NCBI RefSeq assembly: GCF_006345805.1
Contig: NC_042998.1
Coordinates: 154,504,001-154,568,000 of the forward strand
DNA length: 64,000 bases
Source of the DNA: Octopus sinensis
Lineage: Eukaryota
Direction: 5' to 3'
Positions within the stretch are counted from its first letter, which is position 1. Each line of letters begins with the position of its first letter. The position numbers and the translations under genes are program-made. The notes beneath the pieces were generated by a model. The model ran no database searches. It was not told where the DNA came from and saw only the letters and a program-made list of their open reading frames with translations. Of the stretch, positions 12,950-26,226 are shown piece by piece.

Positions 12950-13850
12950 ATATAAACGGGTCAGCCGAAAAATATACTCTCATGGAATGTAACTAGATGA
13001 GGTTTACTTGCAGTCTACAAATTCCTTACACCAGTGTTATAGTGCTTGGATCCCACTGGTGAAGAAGCTTTCATCCTGTTGGTCAAAAGATTCATCAACA
13101 GCAGATATGACATCATCATTATTGTGATACTGGTTCACAGCCAAGTATTTTTTCATGTTGGGGAACAGATGACAGTTATATGGGGCCAAATCAGGACAAC
13201 AGGGACAATAATCAACCAGTTCAAAAGCACAGTCACAGCAGTCATTGAAATAAAGGACTTGTGTGCTGGAGAACTGTCCTGATAAAACAAGGCAGCTTTT
13301 ATCTGTTTTCTTGGTCTTGATAGCCTTTTGAAACTGTTAATACATTGATGGGGTGGCTCATTTGACCTTAGTTTTTTGAGATGCCTTCTGCATTTCTAAA
13401 AACTAAGGTCATCATCTTCTCTGTAGATGAAATAATGCTGGCCTTCTTTGGGGCAGGGGAAGTAGGGTGTTTTCACTGCAGATTGTCTATTTGTTTCTAA
13501 CTCAAAGTGATGAAGTCAACACTCATCACAAGTTAGGAAATGTTCAAGGATACTAGCTGGATTTACCTCAAAACAGTGTCAGATTTTCCTCTGATGTAAT
13601 CAGCCTGGTGCGCTTTTGATCTGATGTCAGATGTGGCACCCACCTAGCATGCTCACTTATCAATTTTCATGAAAATCGGGCAAAAATGCAAAAGCAGCAG
13701 GAATAATAATATTGTTATGGGAATTTCCATTCAAATGCCCGGCTGAGCTCACAAAAGTTGATGCCAACTGAGCGTTATCAAGTTTTTGAAAAATTCTGGC
13801 CTTATTTGAACTTCAAGGCATGTGATCTAACTATGTGGCAAAAATCACTA
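12950..13850 (-). mobile_element. Degenerate mariner-like transposon
   Basis: Reverse complement of 13160-13205 reads as a decayed P(Y)SPDLAP..HLFP motif; many stops. Confidence 0.6.
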
Positions 13851-14184
13851 AAATTGGTTGGGCAGTGTGGGAGGAGTTAGAGTAACCACAAATGCACACA
13901 CAGACACCATTACACATTTGATAAATAAATAAGTCAACATTCTAATATTCTAAAGCTGATAAACCAACTAATGTGTTTCTCCATTTTCTTATTTGTAATA
14001 TAAATTAATGGTAATATATTTCTTTACCTGCACCTATTTAATACAATAAGTGAGTTTATTGCATTGCAATTAAAAACACTTGTATATTAATAATTTGGGT
14101 ATTATACCAACAGTGTATTGGATAAGTATTATCCCTTAGTGGGTTGGATCCACAACCCCTAACTTACTTGGTGTTATATATATG

Positions 14185-14545
14185 TGTGTGTGTGGCTGTG
14201 TGGCAAGAAGCTTGCTTTCCAAGCACATGGTTCTGGGTTCAGTCCCATGGGCAAGTGTCTTCTACTAGAGCTTTGGACCAACCAAAGCCTTGTGAGTGGA
14301 TCTGGTAGATGGAAACTTAGAGAAGTTCAGCATGTGTGTGTCTTTGTGACTGTGTTTGTCCCCACACTGTCGCTTGACAACCAATGTTGGTGTGATTACA
14401 TCTCTGTAACTTGGTGGTTTGACAAAAAAGAGAATTAGTACTAGGCTTACAAAGTCCTTGGGGCAATTTCTTCAGCTAAAACTTTTTAAGGCAGTGCTCC
14501 AGCATATCCTCAGTCAAATGACTGAAACAAAAGAGTACAAGATAT
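14185..14545 (+). mobile_element. tRNA-derived SINE (degenerate)
   Basis: A-box-like tggctgtgtgg, B-box-like gggttcagtccc, core agccttgtgagtggatctggtagatggaaac, tail cagtgctccagcat..aatgactgaaacaaaagag. Confidence 0.7.
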
Positions 14546-15129
14546 ATATACACATACATGCACACATTATATAAATGCGAGTGTATATAGTTATGTATCT
14601 GTTTAGCCTCAAATACTCAGAAATGGTGCATTTTTGAGAAAAACTAATCTGGTTTTGGAAATCTGCATCCCAAACAAAAAGTCATCTGTAAATAATAAGA
14701 AAAAATGCAATTTTGCTGAGAAATAACTCAACTTTCAATCAACAACTTTCCCAGTCTGCATCAATTACCAACAATCTTTCATTATTTACCATACTCTTTG
14801 AGATTCACTCTTTTTGTATATGTAATAACTCTCATTCCTACCTTTCATTTTGTTTAAAATCTAATTCTCCTAATGTTTACTTTCATTTTATGAAAGCTAT
14901 TATGCAAAGTCCTGTTTTCTAATTGGGTAAAATTGATCTAACTTCTGTAACATTTTTTGTAAAAGCTTTCTGGAATAAATGAACCAGTAACTCAAGTTTA
15001 GCGTGAAAAAGTACTTCAATATATCAAACTGGAAAATTTTTACTTAATTTAAAATTTCAAACTCTGTGACAGCAACAGATAAGATCTCTCTCCTTCTATT
15101 TTTTCATTTTCTGTCTCTATAAAAATATA

Positions 15130-16320
15130 TTGCTCATGCTGAGTGTGTGTGTTTGTCAGTGTATGTGTATGTATGTGTGTAAGGAATTTCATCAGGGCGA
15201 GAGAGTAATTTTAAAAATGGTATGTAAAAGATAATTTATTTTAATAGCTTACTTTTCTGTTAGTAAATATTTTTTTCTTACACACACACAGACTGCGGTT
15301 AAAGATTTAAATAATTTTGTTGTTGTTGCTTTCACTCTGTAAAAACATTGTACAAGCTGAGTGTGTGTGTATGCATTTGTGTAAGGAATTCCATTAGGGC
15401 GACAAAGTTATTTTAAGAATTGTTTGTAAAAGTTAATTTATTTTTAATAGCATACTTCTCTGTTAGTAGATGTTTTTCAGCATTCTTTCATTACTACCAG
15501 CATTTACATCAATTAAGCACATGGTATTGTTATAGTACTATTCGTTAATTTCTGTACAAAATTTTTATTTCTTTACTCATCTTTGTTTTGAAGTAAGAGG
15601 AGAAATTGACAGAGACGAGAAAGTGAACATGTATGTACGTTTATATGAAATGGACACATGTGTGTGTGTGTCTGAGAGAGAGAGGTGTATTGTCATATAT
15701 GTATTTTTTTGCATATATAAGTAGCATACACTCGCTCTCTCTCTCTCACACACACACACTTGCACGCACACATACAAAAATGATGTATGCATATGTATTT
15801 ATGTATGTACGTGTCTATGAAACATAATGTGTGTGTGTGTGAGAGAGAGTGAGTGCCACTTATACATGCAAAAAATACATACATGACAAAACATATCTCT
15901 CTCTCTCTCACACACTCACATGTTCATTTCATACACACACACATACATCCATTTCATATACACATACATACATTTTCACTTTCTCGTCTCTTTTAATTTC
16001 TGCTCTTGTAAAGAATGTCATTTCGGCAATGAAAGAATGCCGTTTTTTCTTATACATGCACACACACATTCACTTGATGTGAGGAAGGGTTAAAGATTTA
16101 AATAAATTTTGTTGTTGCTTTCAGTCTCTATAGAAGTATATTCTTTACACTGATTGTGTGTATGCATGTGATTTAAAAAAGGGATGTAAAAGATGATTAT
16201 TTTAATTGCATACTTTTCTGCTAGTTAATGTTTTTCTCTCTCGTGCGTGCAGGTTCACTTGACACTGGGTGGAGTTAAAGATCTAAATGATAAATTTTTT
16301 TGTTGTCGCTTAAATCCCAG
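15130..16320. repeat. Complex repeat: three copies of an approx. 200-bp unit plus an internal inverted repeat
   Basis: Unit ctgagtgtg..aaggaatt..agggcga..taaaag..ttttaatagc.tacttttctgttagt at about 15140, 15355 and 16150 (partial); 15480-15680 is inverted relative to 15880-16050. Confidence 0.7.
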
Positions 16321-16629
16321 TAATTGATCACTGCATCATATCATAAAATGTATTTATGAAGGAGAAAACTGGTGAAGGTAAAGTGTATACACCCCACCCA
16401 CTTCCATTTTTTTGTCTTTTCAAAAATTTCTTCGGATTCCTGTTTTTGATATAGGAGATTATGATTTTGCCAAAAAAGCATGTTTTCAAAAATAGAGATT
16501 ATGAAGCTGGAGAAAAATTTTGGTTAATGTTTACATCTTGACCTGGAAATGAAAATCCAAAAAAATATTGGAATGGGTGTAAAACAATGTGTAGGAAACA
16601 AATATGAAAAAAAATGTGCACAAAGCAAT

Positions 16630-17000
16630 GGGAGGGTGGGGAGAGGAGTTTGGAAAATTCACAAGATCCGAGCTTTTCCCTCATAACTTTTAGGAAAATG
16701 GGTTTTTTTCAATGAAATTTTATATAAATACCTTTCAAACGGCATACATTATGATTATAAAGAAATTTGTGGGGAAAATCTTTACCAAGAGGGTGGGGAG
16801 AGGACTTTGGAAAATTTATAAAATCTGAGTTTTTCCCTCATAACTTTTAGGAAATTGGGGCTTTTTCAATGAAATTTTATATGAATACCTTTCAAACAGC
16901 ATACATTATGATTATAAAGTAATTTGTGGGGAAAATCTTTTCCAAAGGGTGAGGGAGAGGGCTTTGGAAAATTCACAAGATCCAAGCTTTTCCTTCATAA
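16630..17000. repeat. Tandem repeat, approx. 165-bp unit x about 2.2
   Basis: gagggtggggagagg..tttggaaaatt..ttttccctcataacttttaggaaa..atacctttcaaac..tgtggggaaaatcttt repeated. Confidence 0.8.
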
Positions 17001-17014
17001 CTGTATATGTGTGT

Positions 17015-17640
17015 GTGTGAGGTCATGTCTGTGGGGGCCATTATGAACACTAGTGGTCCCAAAACAGTGCCTTGCGGAACACAGGTCACTATTTGCATGT
17101 CATTGGAGGTAGTCCCATTGGCTACTACCACCTGACTTCTATCCTTCGGAAAGTCATGAACCCATTCTCCCAATTTTCCAACTATGCTGAGATCATGCAA
17201 TTTGTAACATATCATTCCATGATCAACTTTATCAAAGGCCTTTGCAAAGTTGGGATATATCACTTCCACATTTGAGTGGTTGAGCATATTTTACCCTCCT
17301 TCAGTTTTCTTGGAAGTTTGCCAGTTGCAAGGAAGCTTTGAAAGAGGAACTGCAATGGTCTCGCTAGGACTTGCTTACATACTTTTAGAAGAATTGCTGG
17401 GAATCCATCAGGGCCAGTAGCTGAGTTTGGGTTCATTTCATTTATAGCCATGAAAAGCGTTGCAGCAAAATTTGTGATCCCGTTATATTGATGTAATCGA
17501 TCATCATTGCCTCTGTTTTTATATCTACAATGGTAAAGAAGTCAGTTGGATTGCTGACTTGAAAGTGCCCTAGGGGTGGAGTGAAAATACTTTTGAATTG
17601 CTCATTTAGTATTTCACTTATCCTCATTAGATTTCCTGTA
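17015..17640 (-). mobile_element. CR1/L2-group LINE RT fragment with internal deletions
   Basis: ORFs 16973-17287, 17260-17451, 17442-17627 (NFAKAFDKVDHGMI, VPQGTVLGPL, SATGPDGFPAILLK); colinear with the copy at 54150-54950. Confidence 0.88.
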
Positions 17641-18059
17641 CAATTTTTGAAAAAAGTTCATCTTAAGTTTATAATCGAAGATCAGGTTTTTAAATTCCAA
17701 AATAAAATCTTGAATTTAGACTTCAACCATGATTGTTGATCCCTTAAGTACTGTGTCTGTATGCATGTATGTGTAGGGATAGAGTGGGGGTGGGTTGAAC
17801 ACACTGGAAAAACATTTATGAAAATGTACACATTGTGTTAAAATAAGTTATCTTTACATACCATGTTTGCAATTCTCTATATAATTGTTAGCAAAGTATA
17901 TATAAAATGAAATTAAATGTAGGTTTAGTCACAGATTGATCAAGGTGGTAAAGTTTTAACATTTTTGTGACAACATATTTTCTCCATACATTCTGATGAA
18001 AACTTGAAAGAAAGAGATAATGTCACTCTCTCTCCTTGGAAGAGAAATTAATTTTGATC

Positions 18060-18320
18060 TTCCATGAGCACAAATTTTGCTGCAACGCTTTTCATTTGCA
18101 ATTCCTCACTCAAAATTCATTGGCAGGAGATCCAGGACATGCCAGCCATATCAGCAAGTCTGTCAATTGTTTGGCTGACAGTCCTCCAAGATCACATCAT
18201 GAATTTTCGTGATATTTTCATTTGTTTAGAAGGTTGACAGTTGCCCTGAACAAGGTTTATCTTCATGCAACAAGTGGAAAGAATCCGACTTATGTGGGTG
18301 TACTATTCTGATAGTCCTTG
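18060..18320 (-). mobile_element. Mariner-like transposase N-terminal (HTH) relic
   Basis: Manual translation EDKPCSGQLS..NENITKIHDVILED..TIDRLADMAGMSWISCQ*ILSEELQMKSVAAKFV. Confidence 0.6.
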
Positions 18321-18419
18321 GCAGATTTTCAGAATAGCATGTGTATATATATATATATGCATTCACACACACACACACACACACACATATATTGTGTGTG
18401 TGTGTGTGTACACATATTT

Positions 18420-20985
18420 ATGTAGGGCTGCAGCTGAATAATTTTTTTTTATATATGGCACAAAAGATTGTACAGCAACTGACCTGGTTTTATCAATTTG
18501 AAAGTCTGCACAATGCCCACCAACATAAAACCACAGCCAATAGATCCACAGTGGTCATACTGGCATTGGTATAGTTGTCACATTGATACATTTAGAGGGC
18601 TGTTATCACTCAGTAACAGAACTAAAATACCCTTCCTGAGAGACCTTGTGGTATGTAATCAAGCCTTATATATGCGTAGCATTCACTGAAAGGCACAGAC
18701 ATCACAAATGCAGAAATGCACATACCATAGTATGTTATATTGCTAGCTGACAGAAAAGATGGGAATCATGGTGGAGTTGCAATGTGCATCCATGAAGACC
18801 TTATGCCCCAGGTTCTTTTGTCATAATCAAACTTGGTGTGTGACACACTAATTGTACATAAAAGACAACTTGATATTGTTATATGTACTACTTATTACCC
18901 ACCAGATTCTCCAAATTACACTGGCCTATTTGAAGAATGTCTTTCAAAAATAGAAATCCTATCAGTGTATTTCTCATGGGAGACTTCAACTTGCCCAACC
19001 TTACCAACAAGTTATATATAGAACAAGTAATACTCCAACCAACCAGAGCAAACCATATACTTCATCTCTGCTTCACAAACAATATGGATTTCATCCATGA
19101 TATGAAAGTGACACTGTAGTTAGTCTTGGATCACAATATAATAGAGCTAACCATGTATGTACCAAAGGAATCTGCAGATGTGTTGCCTATGAGAAGCACC
19201 TGGAATTTATCCAATCTGAACTTCCATAAAGCAGACTTGAAATCAATTGAGAAAGGGATTATCAAACAGGATTGTTTCAATGTCTCTCTGCACCTGATAT
19301 CAACATGAAATTCAAAGAATTCATGCCTGTAATGCAAGCCATATGCTTCAAGTTAGTCCCAGAGAGAAAGACCACCATACATACAAACAAAATTCCCAGG
19401 GTGAGGAAAGTTTTTATGAGATGGTGTACAAAGATTGCAAAGCGCCTAAACAGAACTTAATGGCAGTGAAAAATCCTGCCTGCAAACAACACTGCTAGAG
19501 ATTGAGAATAATCTGAAATAATGCTCCCATGAAAAGGACAGAATAAACAAAGAAGCCTGGGTTATAGAAAATATAAAATCAAATCTGAAAGCCTTCTTTA
19601 AGTATGCCAAAAAAACTCTCCATGTGTTGCAGGCTAGGACCACTCCTTCAATTAGATGGTTCCCTCACGGGAAGAAGATGTAATATTGGCCATAGATGAC
19701 AGAGATGCTAACTCAGCTGCTGATCCTGATGGATTCCCAGCAATCCTTCTCAAATCATGGAAATGAGCCCTTGCAAAACCACTGCAGCTTCTTTTTCAGA
19801 GCTTCCCTGCAAGTGTTAAGCTCCCAGGCTTACTACTTTGATAAAGTCGACCGTGGTATATGTCACAAGCTGTGTAATCTTGGCATAGTTGGAAAACTTG
19901 GAGAGTAGCTAAATGTCTTTCTAAAAAGATAGAAATCAGGTAGTAATAGTAGTAGCCAATAGGGATACTTCCAAGGAAATGCAAATAATGAGTGGTGTCC
20001 CACTGGGCATTGTCTTGGGGCCACTTGCTACTCATAGTGGACCTCAGCTGCTCAGATAGCCACACTTGCTAGTTATGCAGATGATACAAAAGTCTCTCAG
20101 AGGAAACAGAACCCTGGAGATGTTGTGCACCTACAACAAAGGTTGGATGCAATATACAAGTGAGCTGAAGACAAATGCAGTTTAATGCTGAAAAATTCCA
20201 AGCACTGTGCTACCAACAAATGAAGCTGAATAAAATGAAGACAAGCTACACTGGCCCAAGAGGGATTGCAATCCCTGAATCAAAGTCAGTGCACAATATG
20301 TGCATTGACATGAGTAATGCATCTTTCCAGGTGCATATTACTAAGTTGGCAATAGAATGCAGGCAACTAGCTAGATGGATCTTTTGAACTTTTAGAATGA
20401 GAGAACAGAAAACAATGATGGTCCTCTAGAGGACATTTATCCTCAGCCATTTAGATTACTGTTCCCAACTATGGTCACCACACTGTAAAATTAATGATGG
20501 GACCTGAAGCAATCCAGTGAAGCTATGCAAAGAAGATCGTCTCAATGTTAGCTGATGGGAGAGCTGACAAAACACTCCACTCCCTTTGATGAAGGCAGGA
20601 AAGATATGTAGCACTAGAACTGCTCATACAAAACTCTGGCATTGAAAGTTACACGAACAGCAGAATGGGGTGCGATTTCATTGTGCCAAAGATCCCAACA
20701 TTGCCTTTAGGATACAGGACCAGATACTGCATCTGCTTGGGTTTCAGGGGCCTACAACTCTTCAATATCCTCCCAAGAAGCCTGAGAGACTTGCATGGGG
20801 TGGATGTAAATGTCATCAAAACAGAACTAGATTTCCTGTCAAGGGCAGTAACGTCAATCTTCCTCATTCACCAAATGCCATATATCAAAGTAGGTTTCAA
20901 ATACTGAAAGTGTAGCAAAGCTAATGGTGGTGCCCCAGCATGGCAGCAGCTCTCAAGTTCTTGAGCTGAGACTAATAAAAAAATG
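18420..20985 (+). mobile_element. Old, heavily degraded CR1/L2-group LINE (APE plus RT) with A-rich tail
   Basis: FLYMAQKIVQQLTW, VCDTLIVH, FLMGDFNLP, DHNIIEL, MQFNAEKFQAL, LGFRGLQLFNILP; tail gctgagactaataaaaaaa. Confidence 0.88.
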
Positions 20986-21149
20986 TGAGGATCCTACTGA
21001 TGTTCCCAGAGTGGTGCCACCTCATGTCTTTCTATAGGGTCTTAGAATTAATGCTGCTGAATGCATTGAGGTGCTAGAGACAATTGTTGTGTTGTACATG
21101 GATGAAGTGTGCAGTAGAAGGCCATATATGTTTCAGCAAGACTGAACAC

Positions 21150-21622
21150 CTTCTCAACGTCTTCCATGCTGGCATGGGTTGGAGGGCTTTACAGGAACTG
21201 GTGAAACCAGGGCCTGCACCAGGTTCCATAGTCTGTTTTGGCTTGGTTTCTACAGCTAGATGCCCTTCTTAATCCCAGCTATTTTATGGTGTGTACTGGG
21301 TGCTTTTTATGTTGCACCATCACTAGTGCTTTTTATGTGGCACCAACATACACCCAATGCTTTTTACATGCACCTTAGTGTTAGGATCTCAGTTCTGTTG
21401 TGGTAGGTGGGTCTTCTTGAGTACAGCAATGCATCACATATCTTGGTTATCTGTCATCTCCTTTGTAAGGCTCATCTTTTTGAGATCGGCCATTTGCTAA
21501 TTTATTTATATATTTATTATATGAGGTTGATACACACACAACTATATATATGAAATTAAGTATTAAACACTTTTGTTTTCAAGATATCTTTTACATAACA
21601 TATATAAATGTTATGTGAATGA

Positions 21623-21664
<42 letters not shown>

Positions 21665-21915
21665 ATGCCGGTGGCACGTAAAAAGCACCAACCGATCGTG
21701 GCCATTGCCAGCCTTGCCTGGCACCTGTGCTGGTGGCACGTAAAAAGCACCCACTACACTCATGGAGTGGTTGGCGTTGCGAAGGCCATCCAGCTGCAGA
21801 AACACTGCCAGATCAGACTGGAGCCTGGTGCAGCCTTCTGGCTTCCCAGACCCCTGTCAAACCATCAAACGCATGCTAGCATGGAAAACAGATGTTAAAC
21901 GATGATGATGATGAT
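21150..21915. mobile_element. Two RTE-type 3'UTR/SINE-like fragments in opposite orientations (21150-21420 minus; 21665-21915 plus, with (GAT)n tail)
   Basis: Same motifs as 3985-5095. Confidence 0.7.
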
Positions 21916-22094
21916 ATACATACACACACATTCATTTTATTCTTTCATTTTAGTCCATTTTTCTATGCTTGCCTTTTCTGATACAAGCTCTTATTTCCTT
22001 TTCCAAGTAAAGGATAACATATTTTACTGATTTCATCAATCTATAAAAAAATATAAACAAACATATGCGTGTGCACAAACATTCACACACACAT

Positions 22095-23215
22095 GCATAC
22101 ACACATATGTATTGTGGTAATAATTACATGGTTGACTTGTGGTCAGCAAGGTTCCTGACCAAAACAACTAATGATAGATACCATCCCCATGTTTTTAGAG
22201 GAGTAAAGCCTTATTTATGGCTAATTGTTTCTAGCCTTCTGTATTCAGCAATCTCACCAGTTCAAAACCCAGAATTACTACAATTTACTCTTCTATTGGA
22301 CAAAGCACTATGCCCAGAATGTTTTGATGTTGACCAAGCCTTACCTACTTCTGGAGAATGGTGGAAACATAGGTATTTTACATTCACTAACTATCTAGAA
22401 TCACTCAATGTGGTGGAAGAAGATAAGTTCCAGCTGCTCATCAGTCACATCAGCCCTGACATGTTCAAGTATATTGTGAACTGTGGCACATATGACAGAG
22501 CTCTTGATGTTCTCATCTCACCGTATGTGAAACCGAAGAATGTGGTGTATGTGCATCAACTGTTGTACACTTGCAAGCAGGGATACAGCCAAAATTTGGA
22601 CCAGCACCTTCAGAAACTCAAATTATTGGTGAAAGATTGCAGTTACAAAGCTGTTTTGGCTGCTGAACATCTCAATGAAGCTATAAGAGATGCCTTCATC
22701 AGTGGTATGTATTCCAGTAACGTATGCCAATGTTTATTGAGACCTCAGTTGGGCTTTCATCCAAGTACAGATGCTGGAGATGGCAGAAGCTCAATCCATA
22801 AGTTGTACATGTTCAGTTGTTCCTTGTAATGAATCCTGTGCTATGCGACTTACATGTCCTCCTAGCCCAAAACATGAAACTGTACATAATACCAATTTAG
22901 TGTTCACCACTTTTTTTCTGTGGTTATGACAAACACACATTCCAAGTGCCCAGCTTGGGAAGTGACATGTAAAACCTGTTACAAAGTCAGTAATTTCCAG
23001 CAGGTATGTCAATCATCTCATACAAACAAACACTTCGTTTCATACACAAATCCTACATGGCCTGTCATATTCTCGGGAGCTCTTCTGGTATCATTGTCTT
23101 CTGCCATTGTTAAAGGGTACGTAAATAGTGTAAAACTCAACACTCTGGTTGATAGTGGAAGCTCTGATAGTTACATATCATCTCATATTGTACACTCAAA
23201 TGGTTGGTGTAACCA
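22095..23215 (+). mobile_element. Gypsy-type LTR retrotransposon gag-protease relic
   Basis: ORF 22065-22829 gag-like (WKHRYFTFTNYL, LLYTCKQ..LDQHLQKLKLLVKDC, IRDAFISG); CCHC-knuckle remnants (KCPAWEVTCKTCYKVSNFQQVC); aspartic protease motif LVDSGSSDSYI in 22920-23300. Confidence 0.8.
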
Positions 23216-23219
23216 TCCA

Positions 23220-23640
23220 TCAAACGCTCCTTTTCTCAAAGGAGTGTTTGATGGAAAATTAAACAGAAAATTTTGGAATATCTCAACTCTAAATCTATAA
23301 ACAAGAGTAAAACAGATAATGTGTATCGTGAAATTAACTAATGATAATCTTCCCAAACTAGGTTTCGATTCTTTATCATCACCTAGTTTTAATATTAATC
23401 TCATTGTAATACCTTATTCTGAAAGGAAGGCTAATAGGAATTCTTTTGACCATGAGTACCAAATGCAAGTGAATAAATGCTTGTGTAATTGTAAAAATAA
23501 AATTGTTCACCCTTTAGAAAATATTAATTTCAATGATATTTTCTGTATCTATATATGTTACAGTTGTTGGCTTTATAAGGTGAATTCTGGCTGTGTATTC
23601 TCCTTACATTTACCAATGTCTGATTGTTGAATATAATTAA
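23220..23640 (+). mobile_element. Degenerate Penelope-like linker/GIY-YIG fragment
   Basis: LCNCKNKIVHPLEN..CIYICY resembles the PLE CNC..CPL..C..VIY motif. Confidence 0.45.
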
Positions 23641-23859
23641 CCAAATTCATTTAAAACTGAATGCTTTATTGATATCTGCTTGAATTTTTAAAATCCATTT
23701 TTGTCTTCTAATTATATATATATAGTGATGCTATATAAGTTGCCAACTTAAAAGGGAAGAATGCTACTGCTATTTAGCCCCAGGAAACATCGTTTCCAGA
23801 TGGCTATGTGATACAAGTGGAGAAAGTTGGTATAGAATGATTTTAAAAGGAATCTTGAG

Positions 23860-25450
23860 CAGGTGTAAAGTCTGATGGCCATTTCAAGAAAATATAGGTT
23901 TGTATGGGCAAGTTAATTCCAACCATAACAATCATCTATATTTCTCTCATCAGATTTAATCTAAAGGATTTATAAAAGAGTTATTTAAATCTTAAAGTTT
24001 TAAGCAACGTGAGAAATTTAAGAATTTAAAAAAATCAAATGCTATGTTGGAACATACTGTTTTAGCAGATGATATAAGAGCTAAAATTACATATTTAAAT
24101 AAATTATGAAGCTATTAGATAATAGTGTTTTAAGAAGAATCCAAATACATAAAGGGTAACTCGGTTAAAATCATATAAACTAATTATTTTTGGAAAAAAG
24201 TTTAATGTTGATAAATATTTATGTCTACAAAGAATAATGACATCTGAGATCTTGTTATGTAAAATTTTGTTTTGTCAGCACAGATTATACAGATCACTTC
24301 TTTTGTGCATAATTTACTGTTTCTGCTGTGTATACTGTATGGTGTGGTTTCTGTTATAATAGACCAATCTAGACTGAATTCTTTATTGTGTGCCCTATAT
24401 CTTGTCTTAAAATCAGTTGTATTTCCTATGAATATCTTTTTTGATTCACTAAGGGTTGAGATCTCAGCTTTATATATAGCATTTCTCCTTAAACAGAATC
24501 CCTTTAAGGGACATAATTCCTGGTTACGGCAATTACATGTTTTATTTCTATGCTTTGCCTTTAAATTTTTAATATCAAGGTTCTTATTGTTCTTCATATT
24601 AAGGTCAGCTATATTGTCATCTCTATCAATACTATTATTTCTAAGTTTAAATCCATTGTTGGCTACAATTATTGATCTAAGGTTGGTCATAGTTGAGTAC
24701 AATAATTTAAGGCAGGACCTATTAAAGATGGAATGATATTTATGGCCTAATGGGAAATCCCTGTCAATAATCCTAAAAAAATAATTTAGGGAGGTTTCTG
24801 ACTTGGAGGGAAAAGGAGGGGTGAACCTGATAATTTCTTGTTTCCTCACCAAGTTGTTTCTACTCTGCCCAGTATAGTTATTATAATTAAATAAATTATA
24901 GTATCTTCTATTATGGTGTTGGTTCTTATGCTTGGTTGGGTGGGGGTTCATGGGAGGTGTGTTGATGTTTACTTTCACAATATTTGGAAAATGTTTATCT
25001 AATTTATTTTTAAATATTACATTCTTAATATATCTCCCTACTGAATCCATTGTCCTTCAATGCTGTAGGTACAAAGTTATAAAAAAATATTTTTGTTTGC
25101 AGATAAGTTAGAGATTCTTATCAACACACCTTTGACTATCCCATTAATAACACTTTGGGGATGATTTGATAAGGTGTGGATATACTTAATGGTTTTATTA
25201 GGCTTATGGTAAAGGTAAAATAAGCCATTATCTAAATTTAATGTTACATCCAAAATGTTAACACATTTAGTGACATTTTCAAATATAATATCTAAGTTAT
25301 ATAACTTTAAAAATTTTATCAATTTTTAACCTGTCAGTTGCTTGTGCAGAGGAGCTGGAAATAGTGAATAATGCATCATCTCTATAAAAACCTTAGGGAA
25401 TTCTTCCTTAATTTTTGAAATTAAGACTAGGCCAACAATATCAGTGATCT
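23860..25450 (-). mobile_element. Penelope-like element 3' half (thumb, GIY-YIG, 3' terminal region)
   Basis: ORFs 25077-25322 (ILDVTLNL, YHKPNK, SNHPQS) and 24202-25050 (FPLGHKYHSIFNR, CNCRNQELCPLKGFCL, IYKAEI, FIGNTTDFKTRY). Confidence 0.88.
23866..23960 (-). ncRNA. Hammerhead ribozyme-like motif, minimal type I, stem I degenerate
   Basis: Minus strand: CTGATGA, stem II gagaaatatag/ctatattttctt, GAA, palindrome ATGGCCAT, C; lies at the 3' end of the PLE in sense orientation. Confidence 0.55.
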
Positions 25451-26226
25451 GGGCAGAGTCTGAGTTTTCCATTATAACATCAAAATCATCTTGAAGGTTA
25501 CATTGGGTCCATGTTCTATTTCTGAAAGGTATCTGCTATGAATTAAATTTGATAACTTTACTTTGCTTTTGCTTTATTTTGGTGTTTAGTTAAATCAAAT
25601 TTGTTATGACTAACATTTTTTGTGATATTTTTATGTGAACTGGACAAATTATATAATATTTTTCAGAGTATCAGAGTACCTTTCATATTTTTTGTGCAGT
25701 GTCACATTTGGAGCACTGCCATGAGGGATTATGGCCAACAATATAAGCTCAGATTACAGTTTGAGTTTGTATAGTTTCACAATTTCATATTTACAAATGT
25801 AGCATTCATTTTCAATTTAAACCAGTGTCTATAGAACAATGTTTTCAGAGAACTTTGCTTCAAAACATGCTGAGTACAAAAAAGCAGACTTGCATGTCAT
25901 GACCAGAATGCAACGTATTTGTCAAATTTTGTTGTGAACTGTAACCTCTGCTCTTTTCTATTCACATGTATACTTCCAACATACAGGCTTTGTTCTTTAT
26001 GGAGAGTTTAGGTATTTCATCCTTCACATGTCATGTATGGAACTTATGGAATGGCCCAATAACCTTTGCCAACTACTTGAATATTGCTTTCATATTTAAT
26101 ACTTTAAAATATGGATTGTTTTTAAAAAAACCCTGAAAAACAATGTTTTTTAAATTTTAAAACATTAGTATTATTTATTAAGTTATTTTTATTTAAATAT
26201 TTTCTTCTTTAACTTCCTTTCCACAG

